Positions 16,901 to 46,203 of a DNA stretch of 64,000 bases are shown piece after piece; within the stretch, counting starts at the first letter, position 1, and the number at the start of each line of letters is the position of its first letter. Origin of the DNA: the human T2T-CHM13v2.0 reference genome, Homo sapiens; the NCBI RefSeq assembly GCF_009914755.1, contig NC_060946.1. One strand, written 5' to 3'. Made by a program: the position numbers and the translations under genes. Below the pieces are notes generated by a model. It worked only from the letters and a program-made list of their open reading frames with translations. It made no database searches and was not told where the DNA came from.

Positions 16901-19900
16901 CAGCCGCCCCGTGTCCCCATCTCCTTCCCCGACACCGCTCTCTCCCCATGGCAGCTCTCCCCTCCCTCGCCATTGCTCCCCCTAATAGGGCAAACAAAGA
17001 TGGTCGAGGATGGGGGACCCTTCCTTTCTGAGCCCTGTCCTGGCTCAGCCTGTGGCCCCCACCGCTCTGGCCTCTGGCCTGGGCCTCCAGCCACTTCCTG
17101 GCTGGTAGCTGGCCCTGCAGAGTGGGTGGGGGCAGGTGGAGGCAGCAGGCAGACCCCGGGACAGAGACTCCAGGGCTGGAGCGCTTAGTGGTCTGTAAGG
17201 TCAGAACCTGGGGAGACACCCTCACCATCCCTTGGCAGGTGGGGATACTGGGCAGGTCTGCCTGGCCACGGGTCTGCGCCTCTGACCTAATCAGATGGAT
17301 TTCTAGACCCTGTTCCCATAAGCAGAGCCTGACGCTTTCTAAGATTTTTTCCACCAGAGCCAAGGTAGAAGGCTGGGGGAGGGTCCCATGTCCAAAGGTC
17401 ACAAGATGTGGTCCCAGCGACTGGGTCACTTCCTCCAAGCGGCCTCCACTTCCCTACCAGTGGCATGGGTGGGAGTGACATCTGTGGACAGAGGCCATGA
17501 GGACCGTGTGGGGTGGCCTAGCTGCAAGGTGATGAGTGATGCTCTTGGTGGGAGAGTGGTGAGTCCCATTCCCTGGACTGGATCTGGAGGCGGGAGGGCG
17601 CCTCCCTGTGGCCCCTCCGGCCTTCTGCACTCGGCGCAGCCTCCAGAATCCTGGGGGTAAGCTGGGGCTCTCCAAGTGAGGTCCTGGACCCCCAGATCAT
17701 CCTCCTTGATGACAGTGCTTGATAAAATGTCAATTCCTGGTCCCTGTCCTGAGCTGGTAAGGGGGCACCAGGAATCTGCATTTTGTAAGTCCCCCATCGT
17801 CATTCTAATGCACATTCAGGTGTGAGCACCGCTTGGTGGTAACATCAGATGAGGGGGACAAAGTCATCTACCTTCCTCCAGCTGGCGGACAGCGAAGAGG
17901 ACCAAGAAGGGCCCAACCTGGCGTCTACAACTTTGCTGTGTCCCTGGGCAAGCCGCTCCCCTCTTGGAGCCCAAGTCCCCCAGCAGTCAGAGGAGGTTAT
18001 GGCCTCCCCAGGGACCTTTCCTGCCAAACAGTCTGGGATTCTGAGCCCTTTGTTTAAATCGTGGGGCGGGGATTGCTGTGAAGTCCGGCAGGCCTGAGTC
18101 AGGATCCCAGCTCCAGCACTGGCTGGCTGTGTGGCCCTGGACAAGTCACTTTGCTTCTCTGGTCCTTGGGTTACTCACCTGAAAACTGGCGATCATCATA
18201 TTACCCCCACTCATCCACCCACAGGGGCAGTCAGGGAGGTCCAAAGAAGTGTGGTACCCCACATCGCAAGCACACCATGGTGTGGGTGGATCGGCCGTGA
18301 GAAGGGCTGGCACTTCTGTGTCTTGGCTGTTTTAACTGGGTGGCGATGGGGATACTTGCATGGACTTAATTCCTCACCGGCAGGGAAAGCAGCCTGTGCA
18401 GAAACATTTGTGAGCTAATGGGTTTTTTGTTTCTAAGGGATGGCTTAAAAGGCCTGGGGACGGTAACACAGAACTGCCTGGCAGAGGCGGGCAGCGTGGT
18501 GTGGTGCCAGCTTTCCTGCTCACGCCCAGTAAGTCAGGGGCGCAGACACCAGGAGGGGCGGGTGACGAGAAGGAAAGAGGAACACCAGCCCCTCTCTGGG
18601 TGCCGCAAGTTGTGGACATTTGTGGATGTGAACAAAACCGTCTTCTGGGACATGTGTGAGAAGAACAGAGCTCTCGTGAGACTCCCATAGAGGAGGGGAG
18701 TCATTCATTCATTCATTCATTTACTCATTCATGAAGACCTTCCCCAGGCCCCACAGATGGCAAGGAGGGCCCCTCAAGATAGAAAAACCCAGGCAGAAAC
18801 AGACAGGCTACTGATGCTGTGTGAATGTGGTGCTATCCGGGTCAGATGGCAGTGTGGGTCACCCACAGGCTCAAACAGCAGGGTCAGGGCATCCTGCTTC
18901 AAGACCCTCATCCTGAAGCCCAGAGGGGGGCCGCAGGGGGCCAGCGCTGAACAGGACCAGCCATCTCTTAGATTAGAGGCAAGAAATGTGAATCAGAATC
19001 TTGGGCCATCATGAAGACATGGTTTAGCTGAACAAAGAGGTGGCTTCTTGGTGACAAGACAGCCCTCATTTTTTATTTTAACCACATCTCTCTTTTTTCT
19101 TATGTCTTAAAATTGAATCTTGCTGGGGAGCACGTGGTGGCACGGGGGCTTGGAAGTCTGGTGAGCATATTTCTCGGTGACTTCAGAAACCCTCCGTCTC
19201 GGAGAGCAGCCCTGGTGCTGCTGCTACCCAGAGGCTTGGCTGCAGATCCTCAGACCCTCAGCTTCTGGTGGCCCAGCAGGAGGAGCCTTCAGAAGCCAGG
19301 GAGAGGGGAAAGGTTAGGGATCCCAGAGTCAGGGCCACCTGCCCTGACTAAAGCTGGGAAAATTGCCTAAGCTCCCTGAGCTTCAGTTCTCTCATTGCAA
19401 GGTGCAGATTGGAATAAACAGCTTAGGCGACTGAGGGGGTGGGTTCTGGAGCCAGCTGCCTGGGTTCGAATCCTGTCCCACCTCTCAGGAGGTCTTGGCA
19501 AGTTACTTAACCTCTGTCTACCTCCACTTCTTCATCAATGAAATAGTGATTCCTGCCGCACTCTAGGCTGTAGGCTGCTGTGAGAGTTAAGCAACTTCAT
19601 GTCAGGTGCTTGAACAATCCCAGTTAGGACTGTTCCCTGTGAGTTGTGTAAAGTAGTGATGTCATTCTGTAGCCACGTGGTCTTGCTATACTGATGTCTA
19701 GTGACATAGCCTTGTGGTGCATAGTCTTGTAGTGCTGTGGTCTTGTAGTGTCGTGATCCTGTGATAACCCTGCCTTGGCATCAGCCGTGGTATTGGTATT
19801 AATGTTAATGTTGGGGTGGCCCTAAGGGTACAGGAAATGAGATAAATACAGTGCTCACTCTGGGCCTGGCCCAAGGAAGCCCTCAACTGATGCCTGTGCC

Positions 19901-20023
19901 CTTCTGTCCCCTGCCCCAGAGGAGTAGGGAGAGAGATGGAGTTTGCTGTTGTGTTACACGGATACCCACATGCTGGGGCAAGTGGGGATGGGGAAGGGCC
20001 AAGTCCTGGTTTAAAAGATGTCA

Positions 20024-20622
<599 letters not shown>

Positions 20623-21879
20623 TCAAACCTGGGTCTGCATGCTCCACCCCACTACACAGCATGCGCGAAGGTCAGGAAATACTGCCACAGAGCCTTGCCA
20701 TCAGGAACCACCATGGCGGGCTCCTCTGACCCCAGCATGAGTCCTGCTCATTTTCTGGAAGGTTCTTAAGGCTGTGCTTTCTGTGCCATCTGCTGGGTTG
20801 GTTAAAGGCCTTCACTGGGTTGCAAAAGCAGTTTCCCCAGCAAAAGCAATCCACCTAGTGCCCAGAAGAGAATCCAGGCCAGAGACATGAAGGGAGAGAG
20901 GACCTAGCCTGGGGGCATAGCCCCCACTTAGTGCCAGAAGACCCGAGTTCTGGCCCTGGTTCCACTGCTTACAGCCCCTTTGAGTCTGAGGGTGTTACTC
21001 TCCGTGCCTCAGTTTTCTAATCTGTGAAACAGGAATTTTGATTTCTGCCCTGCATAGCTCCTGGGGTGAGTAGGCGAAAGCTGCCAAATAATAATGGCCA
21101 ATGCATAGGCAGCTCTTGGGAGGCACTGGACAGCGTCTTAGAAGTTTACCTACTTGCCCTCTTTTAACCCTCTGAAGGGCCTCTGCGTTCACTGTTCCAT
21201 CATCATCCCATTGTACAGACCAGGAGGGTAGGATAGAAAGATATCAGTATCTTGCCCAAGGTCACCCACTGGTGAGGCATTTGGGTCTGATTTAGACGAA
21301 CAGAAAGCCATCCGTTGTGGCCACTTCTTGGTGGATAGACGTGTGGCTCCCTACTTGATTATTCTCAATAACGGGGAGCTCACTACTCTCTAAGCCCCTA
21401 TGACTGATAGTCTAGGGCTTGGGTAGGTGGCGGTGATGGTCCTTGGTAAATAGACCCCCTGTGGAAAGGGAAGACAGGGAGAAGATCCTGAGCGTGGCTT
21501 TGGCTTTGCTGTGATGGAGGGGCCAGGAGATCTACCTATGGCTGGGAGAGGGTGGGCCCACGTTCTGCTTCATGCCTTCCACAGGCCAAACCTGAGGCTG
21601 AGAGAGGAGTAAAATGCTCAACAAAGAGGACAGACAGTAGCTGCTCATAAAGCCTTGGGGTGGACAAATCCTCTTTCTAAGGGAAATTTTAAATATAAAA
21701 CCAACATCGCCATATTGGACAGAGTCTGGAGAACGGGCTCTGATTCTGCCTGCAGCCTTTCTCCCTAAACATATTCATTTCCAGTCAATTTGTTCTGAGG
21801 TAGAAGTCCTGTTGCACAGTGTCATTGCAGCACTACACCTACAGCTCTACGGTTCTGTATCCTGCTTTTTTCTTGTTTT

Positions 21880-24225
<2,346 letters not shown>

Positions 24226-24779
24226 TCACACAGCAGAAATGGAGGATCCAGGAATGCTTCCTAAAGGAGGCGGCAATGGCCCTGGGCCAGCAGGATGGGG
24301 GGTTCGACTGGGCCAACAGGCAGAGGGTTGGTGTTCTAGGCGGGGTGAAGAGGAGGAGGGGGGCTGTCCAAGGGGCATAGCAGTCGGAGCCCAGCACCCA
24401 ACATAGGGCAGAGTGGAGTGTGGGTGGGGCTCAGGGGCGTGTGCTGAGCTTACCTGAAGTCGGCAGGGCAGGAATGAGCTGTCTGGGCTCCTGACCCCAC
24501 CCTGTACCTTGGACCTGGCCAGTTCCTTCTGTCCGGGCAGGAAGGGGTGCTCTGTGGGCTTGGAGGATGCAGGCGCCTTCCTGGGGACTGCTCTGTGAGC
24601 AGTGATAAAATATTTATCAGCCAGCAGCTGGGCTTCCCTGCATAGGGTGCAGTCGGGGGCAGCTCCCACCCGAGCCTGCAGCCTGAGTTCTGCTGAGTCA
24701 TGGGGGAGCCCAGTGAGCCGCCTGCCCTCAAGCTCCTGGGCCCCCTCTGCCCTTTGGCCATGTGAACGCCTCCTAATGT

Positions 24780-24970
24780 GTAAGCCATTCGGCTGCCCCC
24801 AAGGCCAGGCATCCAGTGTGCTTAGTGCTGAGCAGGGTTTCAGAGCTCACCCCCAGGAGGGTGCAGACCTCAGCCAAGGTCGCAGAGCAGAGGAGACCCG
24901 TGGGCTGGGATTCCACCTGTGCCCACCCTGGCAGCATCCCACCTCCTGAGTCCTCTCGGCACCCAGCAAG
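24780..24970 (+). other. PRR5: Candidate alternative 5' exon of PRR5 (start uncertain)
   Basis: Donor CAAG|GTAGGC after 24970 in unique, locally CpG-enriched sequence. It agrees with my recollection of a PRR5 start about 8 kb downstream of the distal promoter, which I have not verified. Confidence 0.45.
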
Positions 24971-26054
24971 GTAGGCACTCTTTGCGTCTGGTTTTAGCGG
25001 TGGGGACGCCTGGGCGTGGAGAGGGGGTGCGGCGTGTCGGGTCTCATAGCTTAGCGGCCGAGCAGAGGTTTGGCCCTGGTCTGTCTGAGTCCAAGACCCT
25101 GCTGTGTGCCCCTGCCCCGGAGGAGCCCCACTCCGTTTCAGCCCTGAATCAGGACTAGGGTGTCTGTCCGCCCTGATGTGACACAGTGCTGTGACTTTGG
25201 GTTTGTGCTTTCGATTTTTAGAGTAGCAGCAATAACAAAAAACAGTAGCAGATGGCTTCTTCCTACTGCTGCATGGGGTGGGACGAAGGGCAGGGGGTTC
25301 AGATTCTTTTGTTCACTCATTCATAAAAAACATTCTGGGTGCCCTGGCCACGGGCCAGCGCTCAAGGCTCCAGGGACCAGCGGGGGACATGTCAGATGGA
25401 CCTTCCCTAGGGGAGCTTATGCCACGGTGAGGGGAGTCAGAGGGGTGGGCTCAGTGCCTGGGCCTGCTCACATGCTGTGTGACCTTGGACAGGTTGCTTC
25501 ACCTCTCTGAGCCTCGGTCTCTAATTTGTGAATTCAGGATAAACTTGGCTTTTTCTCTGAGCAAGCAAGGATCACACCTGTGTCCTTATTCTTTCTCACG
25601 GCCTCACATCCACCAAAGCTTGTGGGCACGGATCATCCTTTGCACCGGCTCCAGTTTCCAGAGAGGCCCTGGCAGGCTTTGCATTGGCTCATCCAGGAAA
25701 TAACCGGGAGCTGGTGCTGGGGGCCTCAAGGACCAGCTGGTTTTAAGGTGGAAGTTTTGCCTAAGGTGCTTAGAGTTCTGAAGGGAAGTGCTGGTACCCA
25801 GAGTCACGCGTGCAGCAGCTGTGAGAGGGAGCGGGCTGCATGCGGGCTCTTGATGGGAACCCTGTGGATGGTCGGGTCATCTCCAATGCCCAGTCCTGGC
25901 TGGGCCCTTGTTGCACCCGCTCACCACCTGCCCGGACATGCAGTCTGTTCCTGCTCACTCTCAGCCTTCTCTCCTCTGGGCCTTCCTCCTGCTGTTCCTA
26001 TGCCTAGTCTGATTTTTTTTTGTCGTCCTTCACCTGCTGGGCTTCTGCTGGCTC

Positions 26055-32326
<6,272 letters not shown>

Positions 32327-33260
32327 TCAGGATGCCTGAGGGTCACCTCCTACCCGCGGTCCAACTGCCTGTGCTGCCTGGTGTTGCCCAGCTTGCACCC
32401 GCCCCCAGCTCTCTGCCCAGGGCACTGTTGTGAGGTTAGGGGCAGACAGCGGGTGTGGGTGCAGAGCACAGGGCCGGGCTGATGTCAGCGTCCACAGTAG
32501 GGGAGCAGCCCCTTCCTGTCGCTCTGGTCTGTGCTCCACTTGGCCGTGCTGGGTGAGGTCATCCTTCCAGGCCCTGGTGAAATGTCATCTCTGGAGGCTC
32601 AGGCGTCCTCCCTCCTGGGGATTCTGGAGCCTCCCTTTACTGCCCTCTTGTGGCTCTCAGGGGAAGGGAAGTGGCAGCCCGGGACTCAGGGCCCGGCACG
32701 AAGTAGGCGCTCCTGGTGGCCGCTGGGGTTACTGACCGTGGGAAGCGTGTAGCTCCAGAGTCACAGCTGGGCTCTGATTTCAGCCCTTCCACTCACTCAC
32801 CCTACAACCCGGGCAAGTCAGCTTTCCCTCGGAGCCTCTGGTTCCTCTTCTGAAAAATGTGGGTGGAAATTCTGGCCTGTAGGTCTGCCCCAGGTCGGAG
32901 GGTAGATGGGTACGCAGTGCCAGCACCCAGTAGGGCCTCCGTGAGTGAGCATGTGTCCTTTACCCCATGCACTGGGACAGTCCTGCTCTGCTGGTGACCC
33001 TACATATCCCACTCCTGTGCAAGGCCTCAGTCTCACCATCTGTAAAATGGACAGTGGAGACTAGAATGGACAGAGCAAGACCCCATCTCAAAACAAACAA
33101 ACAAAAAACGATTTCTCCTCTGTCTGGAATAGAGCCATGTGTATTTAATCAGAAAAATGTTTTCCCTCCTCCACCCCAAATCTGTGGATGCTCCATAGAG
33201 AAGGGCCATGCTTATCCCTCAGTTTCTCCTTAAGGTGGGAGCCTTGCGCTTTCAGAGAAG

Positions 33261-33394
33261 CCAGTGAAAGCCACACCCCTCTCGCCAGTGAAAGCCACAC
33301 CCCTCTCCCCAGTGAAAGCCACACCCTCTCCCCAGTGAAAGCCACACCCCTCTCCCCAGTGAAAGCCACAAGCTCTCCCCAGTGAAAGGCACAC
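33261..33394 (+). repeat. 23-24-bp minisatellite CCAGTGAAAGCCACACCCCTCTCC, about 5.6 copies
   Basis: Units start at 33261, 33285, 33309, 33332, 33356 and 33379. Confidence 0.95.
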
Positions 33395-33702
33395 TCACAG
33401 CCACCGTGACTCTGCCAGGCGTGGGCTGTGGTGCCTGACACCCTCTCAGACATGCCCAGGCACATGCTGGAGTTGCTCAGAACTTCTACACAGAATCCCA
33501 AGCACCAAGGGTGGGGCTGGAATCAAAGCCGAGATACGTGATGCCCCTTCCGCCTAACTTTGTCCCCTTCTAACCCAGATAGTGCCCAGAAAGATGGTTC
33601 CACTTGCAGGCCCTGTGCCCAGGGCCCTGGCTTCCGTGGTACCATCCTTTCTCCCTGGGGGAGCACCGTGATGATGCCACACATCAGAAGTTCCCCTATT
33701 GG

Positions 33703-37698
<3,996 letters not shown>

Positions 37699-39239
37699 TA
37701 AAAGGGAACAGGAGAAGGCACTGCTGGCCAAAGGTGGTTTTGTGGTCCAGAGGGAGGGGGCAGCACGGGTCTGACAGGAGAAGGTGAGACTGAGCTTACA
37801 GAGGAGGGAAGCGGCACCTGAGCACTGGGGCCCAAGGAGGATGTGGGAGGGGGCAGGCTGCAGAAGTCAGGGATGCGGGGGCAGGTGACCAGAAGGCCAG
37901 GAGGGAGAGAGAAGACCCTGTGGGCAGACAGAGCCCCCAGGAGAGGAAGCACCGGATCAGGGATCCCCAGCTCTGTGTGGGCAGGTGAATGTCCACTGGG
38001 TGTTGACCTGTGCCTGAACGTTGACCTGAGCACCCAGTCTGATGGAGGAGACAAGCACAGTCTGAGACCCTGACACAAGGCAGGGGGAGGGAGGAGGGCC
38101 AGGGACTGTTGGCTAAGTTGGGTAAAGGAGAGAAAGGATTCCATGGTGGGGTTGGGGGGAACCTGACAGAGGGCATGGCAGGGCCAGAGGCCACCTTGGA
38201 GGAAGAGGCAGCCCCGCTCACTGTCACGGCCAAGGCTGAGTGAGCACCTGCAGCTGTGAATACGTTTAGAGCCTGTGGTTACCCAGGGAGGGAGATGTGA
38301 TGAGGATTCTCATTTCACAGATGGGGAAACTGAGGCACAGTCAAGCAGAGGGAATCAGCCCGAGGTCGACATCTATTAAGTGGTGAAGCCGCGATCCTCT
38401 GGCTGCACAGCCCATGCTCTGAATCGCACTTTACTACCCACTGTTATTATTATTATTATCACTGAAAAAATAACCCAGCCGGAGGATGAGGAGCAGGGCA
38501 CCCCAGGCAGAGGGCAGAGCCTGGGTAAAGGCCCAGATCTTCCAGGCAACAAGTGGGCACTTTGTCTCCTGGTTCGGGGGGTGGCGGGAGAGGGGCCTGG
38601 CAGGGCGTGGCGGGAGACGAAGCAGAATTGGAAGGAGTGGAAGACTGTGCTCAGACTGGAGGGTCTTGGATGCCAGGCTTGGAAACCTGGAATTTATCCT
38701 GCAGGCAGAGGGCCTCATCCAGAGCCTCTGAGCAGCCAGGGCAGAGGCATCCTGGGTGTCCAAGTGAACGTGCTGGCAGCCTCGGGAAGGTGGATTCCCG
38801 GGGCGGGGAGGCAGGAGAGTCCTGAGCCCCCGAGGGCTGTGTGGTGGAGGGGGTGGGCAGGCTGTGGGCAGGGGCTGAGAAAGAGGGCAGAGGAACGGTG
38901 AGCCCAGGCTTCAGGTAGGAAGATCTGGGCTGCTTCCGGGAGGATTTGGGTAGAGAAAACCGGGGTCTGGAATGGGGATTCTGAGGTTGGTCCTGGCCCT
39001 GCCCCTCACCAGCCTGTGACCCTGCAGGTGACGTCAGGACTCAGAACCTCCATGTCCACCTCGGTGGCACGGAGAGGAGGCTACCCAGCTGGAAGGGTTG
39101 TGGTGGGGAGGCCGTGGCCCGCGCTGGGCACAGCATGTACTCAGCGGTGGGGACCCTGCCCTAGACTCAGTGCCCCTGGCACGCCTGGAGCTGACTCCTC
39201 CTGCCCCTGTGAAGAGTTGGGGCCCCTCCAGCGCCCCTG

Positions 39240-39516
<277 letters not shown>

Positions 39517-39889
39517 GACACTGAAATCCACCAAGTTTTTTCCAGATGAGGACTCCTTGGTAGCAGAAGTGGGGGCATGGCTGGTGGTTGCCACCCTGGT
39601 TGGACGCCCCTCCTCCACGAGGGAAGCCAGGGCCTTGCCAGTGTCCAGAGGAGCCGACATCACCTCCACAGTCGGCTCTGTGGGCTCAATTGATGCCATC
39701 AGGAACGCGGGCCAAGTTTTGATGGGCTGTTTCCTGCCTCCCTACCCTGCTGGACCGGAATTTCTGACTGGGAATAGTCATTCCTGCCTCCCAGGGCTGT
39801 TTGGAGGAGCGATGAAAGAACGAGTGAAAAAGCACTGCCTAAGCCCTCAGATCCCACACCCCCAAATCCTACACCAAGCCCACACCCGT

Positions 39890-40332
39890 CTCCTCCTCCT
39901 CCCGGGGCTCCTCCACCCGGGGCTCCTCCTCCCACGCTCCTCCACCAGGGGCTCCTCCACCTGGCGCTCCTCCACCCAGGGCTCCTCCTCCCGGGGCTCC
40001 TCCTCCCACGCTCCTCCACCAGGGGCTCCCCCTCTCGGTGCTCCTCCTCCCGGGGCTCCTCCTCCCAGGGCTCCTCCTGGGGGCTCCTCCTCCCAGGGCT
40101 CCTCCTCCCGGGGCTCCTCCACCTTAGCTCCTCCACCCAGGGATCCTCCTCCTCCCGGGGGCTCCTCCTCCTGGGGCTCCTCCACCGGGGGAAATTCTTC
40201 CTCCCGGGGGCTCCTCCTCCCAGGGCTCCTCCACCTGGCACTCCTCCTCCTGGGGGCTCCTCCTCCCGGGGGCTCCTCCACCTGGCACTCCTCCACCCAG
40301 GGCTCCTCCTCCCGGGGCTCCTCCTCCCAGGG
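39890..40332 (+). repeat. GC-rich 14-15-bp minisatellite (GGGGCTCCTCC(T/A)CCC), about 30 degenerate copies
   Basis: Direct reading; it explains the overlapping low-complexity ORFs. Confidence 0.95.
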
Positions 40333-40842
40333 CAGTGTCAGGCAGGGCTTCACATTGCAGTGTGAACTCTGACATCCCAAGCAGCATTCCTTCCATCCAA
40401 GATTCTTCTAAGAAAAGGCTGCCAGCCAAGAAGGTGCCTTGGGAAGAATACAGGTTGGGAGTGCAGCCCGGGAGTCCGTCCCGCTCTGCCGCCTGCCCTG
40501 AGGAGCCTCAGTCTGCAGGTCTGCAGAGCGGGGATGTTCCCCGGGCCTGCCTGGCAGGGCGGCTGCAAACACGAAGGTTCGGAAGTGCACGAGCTCTCAG
40601 CACGGGGCCAGGCACAGCTGGGTGGTGTTAGGCTGCCAGGCTGGGATACCTTTGCAGAGGTTACTCCTCCTGGCCCCAGGAGTTTGTGTTTTTCCCCTAA
40701 AGAAAGCAGAGCTAGAGGGAATGAGGGTGTCTCCAGTGTGCTGAGTGTCAGGGTGGGACCTTTCCCCATCTGGACATGGGGTTTCCTGGAGGTCAAAGCC
40801 AGAGCCTGGCAGGGAGTGGGCTCTGTTTGGGGAAAGGCAACG

Positions 40843-41830
40843 TATTTGTGTCCTGGGCCTGCCATAACTAATGACCATAAACCAGGTGGCTTATAACAGA
40901 ATCTCATTCTCTCACAGTTCTGGAGGCTGAAAGTCTGAAATCAAGGTGTCCTGGGAGGCCAAGGTGGTTGGGTTGCTTGATCCCAGGAGTTCGAGACCAG
41001 CCTTGGCAACATAGAAAGACCCTGTCTCTACCAAAAATACAAACTAGTCAGGTGTGGTGGCGTGTGCCTGTAGTCCTAGCTACCAGGGAGGCTGTGGGAG
41101 GATCGCCTGAGCCCAGGAGGTCAAGGCTGCAGTGAGTCATGATCACACCACTGCACTTCAGCCTGGGTGACAGAGCAAGACCCTGTCTCAAAAAAAAAGT
41201 GTCAGCAGAGCCAAGAATCCTTCAGCTTCTGGTGACTCCAAGGGTGCCTTGGCTTGTGGGCCGCATCACTCCAGTCTCTGCTTCCATCCTCACACAGCCC
41301 TCTCCTCTGGGTCTCTGTATCTCTGTGACTTCACATTTCACATGGACTTTTTTTTTTTTTTTTTTTTTTTCTGAGATGGAGTCTTGCTGTGTCACCTAGG
41401 CTGGAGTGCAGGCTCAGTGGCTCACTCGGCTCAGTGCAAGCTCTGTCTCTCAGGTTCACGCCATTCTCCTGCCTCAGCCTCCTACAAGTAGCTGGGACTA
41501 CAGGCGCCTGCCACCACACTCGGCTATTTTTTTTTTTTTTTTTTTTGTATTTTTAGTAGAGACAGGGTTTCACCGTGTTAGCCAGTATGGTCTCGATGAT
41601 ACGCCCACCTCAGCCTCCCAAAGTGCTGAGATTACAGGCATGAGCCACTGCGCCCTGCCCACATGGCCTTCTTATAAGGACATCAGTCACTGGATTTAGG
41701 GCCCACTTACTCCAGTATGACCTCATCTCAATTTGATTACATCTGCAAACACCATCTGTCCGAATACTGTCACATTCATAGGTGCCAAGGGCTGGGACTT
41801 CAGTGTCTTTGGAGGACACAATTCAGCAGT
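40843..41830 (-). mobile_element. MLT1-family LTR interrupted by an AluJ (40950-41198, +) and an internally deleted Alu (41348-41660, -)
   Basis: TCTCACAGTTCTGGAGGCTGAAAGTCTGAAATCAAGGTGTC...CTTATAAGGACATCAGTCACTGGATTTAGGGCCCAC...GGACACAATTCAGC. Confidence 0.8.
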
Positions 41831-41883
41831 TGAGCAGTCTGAATACCCAAGGACGGCCGAGAAGGGCCAGCACGTCATTGTCA

Positions 41884-44788
<2,905 letters not shown>

Positions 44789-45332
44789 AGGACATGAACA
44801 TATCAGATGGCAGAGCTAGGAAGGGATGATGGGCTCACCTTCTGGTAGCAGGGACCATGTCTTTCTTGTTCCTTGCTGTGTTCCCCACACAGCCTCAGTT
44901 TCCCCAGTCGTGAAATGGGAATAATAACAGTTGATCCTGGCTCCAAGGCCACCAGGTCCGGTGGCCTGGTGCTTGGTGCCGGAGTCACCGCGAGTACCCT
45001 GGGCTCCCCCAGCGTGGTGGCCCTGACTCAGGAACCTCCTTCTGCCGTGCGACCACCCTGGCGGCGGTCACCAAGCCCTTGGCGTGCCCCTGTGACTGTG
45101 TGTGGATTTTTTCTGTGCCCTCACAGGGCAGTGGTGTCACCCTTCTCGCCCATCTCAGGGAAGGGATGGGACGGCCCGGATGGCAGAGACTGTGGGGACA
45201 GAGCCAGGCACTCCCCATGGCTTTCCGTGCCCAGCACGTTGCCAGGCCTCTTCCAGGGTGTCCGGGACTGACCAGGCTGCTCCTCAGGGGGCAGAAGGCA
45301 CTTTTGGGTCGGCTTTGAGGGAACACCAGGCT

Positions 45333-45351
45333 TCGCCACCAGGGGGCGGAC
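45333..45351 (+). promoter_or_regulatory. CTCF binding motif
   Basis: TCGCCACCAGGGGGCGGAC matches the CTCF core CCACCAGGGGGCG exactly. Confidence 0.7.
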
Positions 45352-46019
45352 GTGCCCCTCCAGAGCAGGCAGTGCCTAGGAAAGCAGGCAGGGCGTGGGC
45401 AACTGAGGTCACCACCTGAGGGCCGTGCCCCGGGGAGAGTGGGCGAGATGGAGGCTGTCTCTCTCTCCCGCCCAGCCCGCAGGGCTCCAGCCTCAGCTCC
45501 CCCACTTGCTGACTCTGACCTCGGACATACACCTCGGCCTCCCTGGGCCTCTGTTTGTCTGTCTGTAAAATGGGACTGGTCTCCCACTTGGCAGCCTTGT
45601 GGGGACGAGTCGGGGCAGTGTGTTTAGTGGCCGCCCCTGTATCATGCCTATAGTACCCCTCCCTGGGCCCCAAACTGGCCCCTTCAGGGGTATGCTGTCT
45701 CCTCCCTTTGGCTGGCCTGTGTCCCAGAGATCATGATGTCACTTGCAGTGCTGATGGACTAGAACTCAGAGTCCCGGGTTCATGAGCTGCCCTGACTTAC
45801 TGGTCTGTTCCTGTCCCCTGGGTGTCCAGCCGGGGCTGAGCCAGGCTTAGGGATTGCAGGCCCTTCAGAAGGGTAGTTCTGAGGATATCAGGGTCCCCCT
45901 TGGTGACCAAGGGGGTCCTCTACCAGCTGCCGACACCCCACTGGCCAGGGGGAGTTTGGAATGAGTTTGGGTCCTGGGGAGGAGAGGACGTGGTTGATGC
46001 CATCGGGCCTGGCACCTTC

Positions 46020-46203
46020 CTGGAGCAGGGGCCACTCTGGTGGCTTTGGGGATGTGTGAATGAGTCTGGAGCAGGGGTGGCTCTGGTGGCTTTGGGGTTG
46101 TGTGAATGAGTCTGGAGCAGAGGTGGCTCTGGTGGCTTTGGGGATGTGTGAATGAGTCTGGAGTGGGGGCCACTCTGGTGGCTTTGGGGATGTGTGACTG
46201 AGT
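46020..46203 (+). repeat. 46-bp minisatellite, 4 copies (CTGGAGCAGGGGCCACTCTGGTGGCTTTGGGGATGTGTGAATGAGT)
   Basis: Units start at 46020, 46066, 46112 and 46158. Confidence 0.95.

Noticed and set aside
15829-17438. Long ORFs (317, 243, 181, 156 aa) over the distal CpG island
   Set aside because: Pro/Arg/Gly/Ala-rich, overlapping on both strands, with no recognisable domain; expected from stop-codon scarcity in GC-rich DNA.
19670-19770. Degenerate roughly 15-bp periodicity (GTGGTCTTGTAGTG)
   Set aside because: Too diverged and short to define reliably.
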